A stretch of DNA of 62,602 bases, the filler included, from Choristocarpus tenellus KU-1152 (taxonomy: Eukaryota; Protista; Phaeophyceae), in assembly GCA_964200185.2 (NCBI GenBank). It is 9 parts of 9 records of this genome, joined end to end, with 100 filler letters (N's around TTAATTAATTAA, not from the genome) between each part and the next. Parts side by side here need not be neighbours in the genome. Positions count along the whole stretch, not along the records: positions 54,422 to 57,858 come from CAXNAD020020031.1; positions 57,959 to 62,602 come from CAXNAD020013655.1; 7 more parts are not named here. One strand, given 5' to 3'. Below are positions 55,096-62,602 of this stretch, piece by piece. Numbering within the stretch: position 1 is the first letter of the stretch; the number at the start of each line of letters is the position of its first letter. Made by a program: the position numbers and the translations under genes. Below the pieces are notes generated by a model. The model was not told the DNA's origin and did no database searches. It was given only the letters and a program-made list of their open reading frames with translations.

Positions 55096-55310
55096 TTATA
55101 CGGTTGTACGACGTGGACACTACGCATGCTCATTATCCGCTCACATCATCACAATTTCCTTCTCCGCTGCATAAGTTTCGCAAAGAGGAACCCATTGATC
55201 ATGCCCTATCAAGACGATTTCGAAGGGCTTAATCACAAGAGTTACCAACCAACGACAGGAGTAGATGTATATTAGTGAGTTGCCATTGAAACAACGCTCA
55301 TGGCCGAAAG
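55096..55310 (+). mobile_element. Second RTE-clade LINE fragment in the opposite orientation
   Basis: LYGCTTWTL...HHNFLLRCISF..R..DHALS...IETT. Confidence 0.75.
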
Positions 55311-55660
55311 GCATTCCACGGAAGTTGTGATAATATAGCTACAGTACAGTCACACCAAGGCCACACCTGAGGCCACCCAAGCTACCATCACCACCACTGT
55401 TGAATACTGTCCTTACAAGTCTGTTCTCTTGTATCCCTTGATTTTCAATTTTTCTTTCTCTTCCACTGTTCTATTCTTCTTTTTATGGTCCATGATATTA
55501 TTCTCAAACCTAATTTCGTTTGTTTGACTACTTGTTCTCCCACATGTTTGAGATTCCTAAGACTAATAATGTTGTGGTATTACTTCAAAGTATATTTTTA
55601 ATGATAAGTTGAAACAGTTCTTCGGCGATCTGATAAAAACCATATAGACACATATATGTA

Positions 55661-57596
55661 TATAGTTTTCATTGGTTTTCCCCTGACACATCTGCAACAT
55701 GTCAGGGGGCATAATAATATAATATATATATAGAGTATATAGTTTTCATTGGTTTTCCCCTGACACATCTGCAAAATGTCAGAGGGCATAATAATATAAA
55801 TATAGAGTAAATCAACTACACACCTACTAGTACATATGTGTAACCCTAACCCTAACCTATATACATTTTTTATTATTCTTCGCTTTCTTTTAGTCTTCTC
55901 CACTACCATCACCCTACCACCCTTCACCTGTTTGTTATAAGACGACAATGACATTGCTGCACTATTTTTTTATTGCCTCTACGCTAAGAATGAACTATTA
56001 TTGAAGTACAAGTGATAATTGTACTATACCCTCTGACTGCCTAGGTTATTATTTTCCAGAATTCCAGCAGTTGTTGGTGGTGCATATTCCTTTCCTTCTG
56101 GAAGGATTCTTCTCCATCACGATCCAGATCTTCCGTGTCCATTTTTGTGGTAGAACAGGAGATAGCAAGTGTATTTACTTCCTTAACCGACATGTGATGA
56201 GGTCCATTAAAGTAAAAATTTCGGGAAGAAAATTCGGGATCGACAAGGATTTGAACCCCGAAATCCCCGTGAATGAAGGCGGACGCACTACGATGTTGTG
56301 AGGTAGATAAAGTAATTGTGTTGTGGTGATGGGTTATTACACCATTAGTTAGTGTTGTTTGACTTTTATCTATTTTTATTGTACAAGGTAAATAATGGAA
56401 ATTGAAACTTCCAAGGGTGATGTCATAACAACAATGAAAATTTTATCTCAAATTAATTTGGATATATTTATTATTATGCCCTCTGACATTTTGCAGATGT
56501 GTCAGGGGGGAAACCAATGAAAACTATATATATGTCGTTGTTAGCCCTAAAGAAATAAAATATCCTAAACATAAGAACACTGTAAGACATTGTGTGGAAA
56601 CCACTAATCAGTTACTTCACCTGTATCAAATAGTGTACTACTATCTTCCTTATCTTCCCATCTACCTATATTTGGATATATTAGAATGAAAAAGGAAAAA
56701 ACTACAGCGAGCTCGGAATAATCAGATTATTTTTCATCTGTCAATTCAGCAACAGGAGTAAAAACCTTTCTGAAGTGCATAATTTTCTATTTCTATATTT
56801 CTATATTTATTTCTCTTCACATTTTATCCAATTTTTGATAGGAACTAAACTCTTACAACATCACCATAGATTACTATTTGGACTTATCCATATAATTTAA
56901 ATTTGAAATATAAAAATAAAATATAAAGACTCACAATAGAATAATAGTTGGGTATATCAGGTAGTTCAGATGCGATATATGGTATAAAACTACAAAAAAT
57001 GCTAAAAAAACTAGATACAGTCACATTTGGTAATATCTGAATCTGCCAATTTAACCATTTTCGTAGGCAATTGTTGCATAACTTTAAGAAGACACTTTTG
57101 TCATGTCACCAAAATCATTGCTCAGGCACAAACTTGCAGTATCAGATATTGCAAAGTTTGATGAAGAAACATTTTTATCCCTGTGATCTATGAAATTGAT
57201 AAGAAAATATGAAGGTAGAATCAGTAAAGAAAATACTTTTTTTACAATAAACTTTTTCACTTTTGCTACATACAATTTAAAAAAAAAATAATGCCGACAA
57301 TTTTGAACATAGATAAACAAAGTATTCTTTCATGGATTACAAATATGGTTTTGCATCTGTTGTGTTAAAACTAAACTAGCTATATGAAAATTATCCATTT
57401 TTTTTGTTTTTTATTTATATGCCTTGTAATCTTATAAGAGATCTAATCAAGTTAGCATCGCATAAGAATTTTTTTTTATTTTATAAGTAGCTCTCAATTT
57501 AGAAATACAATGGCTAGAAAAAAAGTAAGAACTGATAGTCATTGGTTTTCTTCTTGACACATCTGCAAAATGTCAGAGGGCATAATATTAAATATA
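55661..57596. repeat. About 65-bp hairpin-containing dispersed repeat: 55661-55726, 55738-55803, 56463-56528 (reverse), 57535-57596; degenerate copies at 46316-46360, 46810-46848, 46960-46990
   Basis: Consensus tagttttcattggttttCCCCTGACAcatctgcaaaaTGTCAGRGGgcataataatat. Confidence 0.88.
56220..56300 (-). mobile_element. Possible tRNA-derived SINE head
   Basis: B-box GGTTCAAATCC followed by a T-run on the minus strand; no complete cloverleaf. Confidence 0.3.
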
Positions 57597-58510
57597 CCAC
57601 CAGGTACTACACCATCAATAACAAGGGTATTTTTAAAACACTCCATAAAACAACGGTACGAAACCCAGCTGCCATACCAATCAATACAGATTACCACTAC
57701 TTCCAAAACCCATTATCGCAAACACAGATGGTACTGAAACAACAGGCATATAGAGCGACTTTGTCTTGATAATGAACTGCAGTAAATTAGTGCTATAAAG
57801 CGTAAGTACAATAGGCCTGGGCCTCGACACAACCGCTGGAACCAGCATGCCAGATCCCNNNNNNNNNNNNNNNNNNNNNNNNNNNNNNNNNNNNNNNNNN
57901 NNTTAATTAATTAANNNNNNNNNNNNNNNNNNNNNNNNNNNNNNNNNNNNNNNNNNNNCAAATCACCCAAAAATCGCGACATGAAAAAATTGACCCCAAA
58001 TGGACCGCCACCCCCTCCCAGATACATTGAGACAGTGCTATCTTTTTCGTTTGCTATGTCGATATTTCAATATTCATGATGATACTCTTTGTCGATTTTA
58101 CGAAGGAAAACACAATAACTGTTATTTCAACGCCAAGCACACATACTCTGCGGCCCCGGGCCCGGTCTGTAATTGGTAGGAAAAGTGTGTACTTCGTATG
58201 TCTAAAGTGCTTCGCGATGATGATGATGATGATGGTAGATTCGCCTCCTTTGTCGCCTCTGCAAACGACAGCGAGGCCCGAACAGAATGACGCTCAAGGC
58301 AGATTTAATCAGATCATTGTATTTGCTCTTTCACAACGCACGATGTAAGCTTGCTTTATCTTGTCTTCCGCGTTCTCAGTCAAGTTATTGGTCAGCCCGT
58401 CTTCGAGAGATGTTGCAGGGGTGTTCTTCGAGTGTTCCTTCTCAATAACTCCTCACTTGCCCACACAACCAACATTTTTAATTAGGAGCTATACTTGGAT
58501 TTTTGCAAAG

Positions 58511-61500
58511 AGGCAATACGGGTGTATCCTGACGACCCTTCCAAGTGGGTAAGCAAGGCGTACTTCCTCCAATTGCTCAGATAGGACAGGCCCAACATTC
58601 GGGTGAGGGTAGGAGGCGAGTTTATGAAATGTGACATGTGTGTCACGTTAAACGAGAAGCGGCACGGTGCGCCTGGTGTAAAACCCACGAACGACTCCAC
58701 CGTCCTCGAGTCCATCGATAAAGAGCTGTCAGACCATCGAGAGGTAGGTGTCCAGCGTTAATTTTGCAACAAGGGTACAGTGACAACATGTCGCCGTCAT
58801 TGCCCCACGTTTTGAAGTAAATCCGTGTCCTCTTGCGAATGAAGACTCCCACGTAGGTGTTTATGGCAGCAGCAGTAGCCTCACTCACCACAAAACTTGC
58901 TGTTATTAGCTGCCCAAACACCTTGTACGATAGACCGCTTCCTGGTAGTGTACAACGGACTGTGGGAGGGACAGGTCATGTAGCGGTCTTCCGGCCCGGT
59001 ACGAGCGTACTTCCTACCATCCTGATAACCCTGTGTTTGTCTTGAACGCAGCAATAAAAAACATATCCCAATACAAACATCTATTGTTACCCAGACTACA
59101 TTCTTGTTACTAACCTGATACAAATGACATTTTTTTTAAAACTCTGAGCAGATTTATTTGATTAATTCACGTGATGTTGCTGTTTCCCACAACGCCAGAT
59201 TATCCAATCGGATCGGCTGGTCATCGCTAACAGTACCAACAGCGCCATGCGGGCCAAAGCTGACGGCAAACCTCTCGGCTTCGTGTTCATGTTCGTAGAC
59301 GCCGCGAACCAGACAGCTCACGCCCTCCCAGCACTTTACCCACCTGCCCACGGCGGTGACAGGTAACCACACGCAGGCATAGTCTATCCGACAAGAACTT
59401 TGCAGCCGCACGCGGAACAGAATAGAAGAACATGTTTTATTCTATGAATGAGTGCAAAGTCCCCAGAAATAATCGCCAAAACAAACGCACATAATTCCAC
59501 TACCTATTCCGTTCATCATGATGACCTTTCTTTACAAGTTCCTTTCGTTCATGTCCCCCTTATCAGGGTCTACTCCGAGCGCCAGAAGATCATGGCCGCA
59601 CACGTCGAAGGCCAGTTCGCGAAGGTGTTCTTCACTCCTATCAATCTTGGAGGAGGTACGTATTGTGGGTCGTGGCGAACAATCACATGACCGAATAGAT
59701 GCTGGTTGCGCACGCACCACTTGATTTACCGTCGCGGCGAGTGTACCTGCCGTAGGTTAAATCCGTAAGGACGAGTACATCCTTACATCTGTGCCTACAG
59801 ATACCGCAGGCCTAGTGAACAGTCGATTAACTGATGATGCGCTGTGCTCCACTGCCCTCCTACGCCTCACCTTAGGGTTAGGGCGAGAGGAGCGTAAGAG
59901 CTAATCAACGGGTGGTGAGATCACAGACATGTACATCAGCCGTATGGGTGTATTTCCTCTACATTGCATAAACAAATTACATTACCCCTCTTTTTAGCTC
60001 CAAATAAACAATGCGTAAGTGAGCAGAGTAATTTTGCCAACATTGTTGAACATCATTATTCGCGCAGGTTGTAACCTTGTCTGCACAGCCACCCACCTTG
60101 CCCTCACAAGGCCTATCAACAAGTACCAAAACAGCCTAGATGACTCGGGGGATTGCATCATCCAGCACGCGCATTGGCAGGTAAGAAGGTTTCATCTTGA
60201 CACGACCTACTCAACACATACTCGCTGAATACCAGTCACCAAGTAACTAACTGTACGGTCTTTAGTTTTGGTTTGTGTTTTGCAACCTGCATGTATGATG
60301 GCGGTGATGTAGAGATTGCGCTCTATCAATACTGGAAACCTACCCTGTTCCTCCACGAAACGTGGCGAAATGGGCTGACATATCGGCCTCACCCCTACCC
60401 CTCCCTCGCTCCCAACTCCCCAAACTGGCCAGGTCGGAACAATTTCTTTCTTGGATACGCGGGGCTGTTGGTTGGGACGAGTGTCATTCGTGTGGTCGAG
60501 ATACATTTTATGATGGTGGGGCACACGCATATCAAATCCGATCAGATCTTCTCCAGGTAATTAGGCAAGGAGTGAAAGTATCTTAGAGGGTACGATTTTT
60601 GTCCTGTTTGTCCGTTTGGGGCTTAAGTTCCCTCGTTCTTTTTTTTGACATTTTACCTTCTCCGAAATGTTTCGTAGAAGGTAAAACGTGTACGTTATGA
60701 AAAGGTGTGTCCGAACAAGGATATTCAAACTTCCTAACAAGCACGATATAGTCAAAATTACATCAAAATCGCAACATTGGATTTTGGCCCCCAAATGGAC
60801 ACACCTCTACCCTCTAAGATGCTTTGACTCCAAGATGTATATGCAAGTTCGATAGCCACATAGTGTTTTTATACGGACAGATACTGCCTCGAGGCTTGCA
60901 ACTCACGCTTGTTGCATTCCTGGAAGGTTTATGGCCGTACGCTGTAATTGATCGATTGGCTTTTGATTTCCCCATGACAAAATTGAACGATAAGAGCAGC
61001 TGCCAAAACTGTTTCGTAACATACTCTCGAAACAAAACAATGAAAAAAAATGTACGCATCACCCATTTATATATATATCTATACTTCCATATACATGCAT
61101 CAGAGCATGTGTCTGCATATATATCTTGCTTCTCCACTTCGCTTCTTTCGCCCCCGACTCGAAATTTACTTCCTTGCATTTCCCCTTCGGGTTCTCGTGT
61201 GGTATCAAAGGGAAGAACATATTCACAAGAACACAGCTGGGTGAAGAGCTGCAGGCCTCTTACACGGAGGTTCTAGTATACTACAAGACCCTACGGAACG
61301 AGGGCAACTTCAAGGGACTCCTTCGTGATCGCATCAACCGTGTCCCCAACATCACGAGCTACAGGGCTTTTCGTGTTGAAAAAGGCGGTGATGGGCGGGT
61401 GAAGGATACATGCACAGCACTGAATGGAGTGGGATAGGCGGAGACCTTGTTATGGACCCCAACGCCCCTCCGCACGACCTCTTCATCGACCACCCGCCTC

Positions 61501-62602
61501 GTATCCAAGATGCACCACCCTACCAGCTCAAGAGCGTTCCCAAAGACGCCATGCTGAAGGTCGAGCAGCGGTACCAGGTGTCGCACGAGCGCCTCCCTGC
61601 TGCGTACCCACTGGGTGAGTCAATTTTTTCGTGAGGGGAGTTGATAGCTAAGTTTGGTATTCGGTGGCAGCCCAAAAAATCAGGTGCAAGTTTTGTACGA
61701 GGCAGCCTTTACAGCCTTTAAAAAAAAAATCTTGAAAAATATTGCATTCTCATGTGTACTGATTGTCGCATGTTACAATAAAAAGTACCATAGATTACTC
61801 CCCATAAATGTTTTAAGGGTACCGGTCTTGTACTCAACAGAGACGATTCCGACGAAATATACACCCTCCCTCTCACCGCATGCTCCTCGAGCGCATTCGT
61901 GAAACCTCACGCCTGGAAACAAAGTAACATTCATGCATCCATACCGTTGATGTTCTCGTGCTCATGGATTCCACCTTCGCAGACGATGAAGCCGTTCAGA
62001 GAGCAAAACACGAGTAAAGCAAGTCTTTGTGCGACTTCTCAAAAAGACAGGGGAACGAGATTTCGATCTCCCAGTCTATTGGCTTCCCACCGACGACGAT
62101 GACGCTGGAACTAGCACCAGCGATGTCGAAGACAATGACCAGGGCGAACGTTCGGGTGGGGGAGATAATCTCGTCAGCGGTTTCAATGATCTCGGCAGGC
62201 TCGAGGAAACACACTCTTCCTCATCGGACAGTGACAAGGAAGAACCTGGCTCCCGCCGACGGGGTTGGCCTCGTTCTACCTTGACATTGGGGAACCATGG
62301 AAACCTAGTCTCAGTGCAGGAAGGCAGGTTTGCCTTTTTTGTGGCATCGGAGGCGCCGCTCTTGGTCGGCGAGATCCTAGCGGAGCGCGTCGGCGAGGAT
62401 GGGGAGCGTGGGGTGGATATTAACTGGCTTCGGCCGACCAGTGATCTCACACGAGACAACGCCGCGCTAATGAACCTTGAGAAATATGGAAAAAGTAGTT
62501 TTGTAGAAGGCTACATTCACGCTGGTGATATGTTAAAGAAACTGGTGTTCCCAAGACTTGTGTGTGTAAATAACACGATTATTTCCTCATTATGTAGAAC
62601 AG
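58511..62602 (+). pseudogene. Spliced Sola1-like / DUF7869-type DDD transposase pseudogene; exons 58511-58743, 59199-59362, 59567-59655, 60068-60180, (about 60294), 60433-60556, 61191-61614, 61983-62602
   Basis: F...RPNIRVR..EFMKCDMC...H (Zn finger); FMFVDAANQ..ALP; GCNLVCT; HWQ|YDGG; NNFFLGYAGLLV...HFMMVGHTHIKSDQIFSR; NFKGLL...ITSYRAFRVEK. Lesions: TAG 58582, TAA 62015, frameshifts near 61405 and 62020, acceptor CGG at 61188-61190. Confidence 0.85.
60570..60830 (+). mobile_element. MITE family A (261 bp) inside a transposase intron
   Basis: caag|gagtgaaagtatcttagagggta ... taccctctaagatgctttgactc|caag. Confidence 0.93.

Noticed and set aside
12769-57958. TTAATTAATTAA as a biological motif, or gene clustering across linkers
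   Set aside because: It is an identical artificial six-frame stop spacer; neighbouring contigs cannot be assumed linked.
58430-59411. SET-domain-like gene on the minus strand (SHFINSP..PNV, EELL)
   Set aside because: Most of these bases are the antisense of better-supported plus-strand transposase exons (KCDMC, VDAANQ) with proper splice sites.
62076-62459. 127-aa Ser/Pro-rich minus-strand ORF
   Set aside because: It is the antisense shadow of the plus-strand transposase terminal exon, which the ORF track misses because it has no stop in the window.

Overview
Eukaryotic nuclear DNA, most likely a brown alga or close stramenopile relative. This is inferred from TTAGGG telomere repeats, intron-rich genes and a trnY-cox3 mitochondrial insertion read in the standard code. 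The window is an artificial concatenation of 9 contigs joined by eight identical 100-nt linkers (N44-TTAATTAATTAA-N44), so adjacency across linkers carries no biological meaning. Contig 1 (1-12768) is decayed retroelement DNA with about 30 short perfect telomeric arrays in both orientations, a trnY-cox3 NUMT and two EF-hand exons. Contig 2 holds the last exon of a Fused/STK36 kinase converging on a 9-exon ARM-repeat gene. Contig 4 has MATE transporter exons. Contig 5 has about 24 exons of an ABCA transporter, including an 11-nt micro-exon and one in-frame TAA. Contigs 7-8 hold Copia and RTE relics. Contig 9 holds an intron-rich, pseudogenised Sola1-like/DUF7869-type DDD transposase. Three MITE families sharing a G(A/G)(G/C)TCAAAG terminus are scattered throughout. 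The best candidates for something undescribed are the apparent high-frequency insertion of telomeric micro-arrays into internal DNA and the spliced transposase plus MITE system. All exon models and family assignments were made by eye, without alignment tools.
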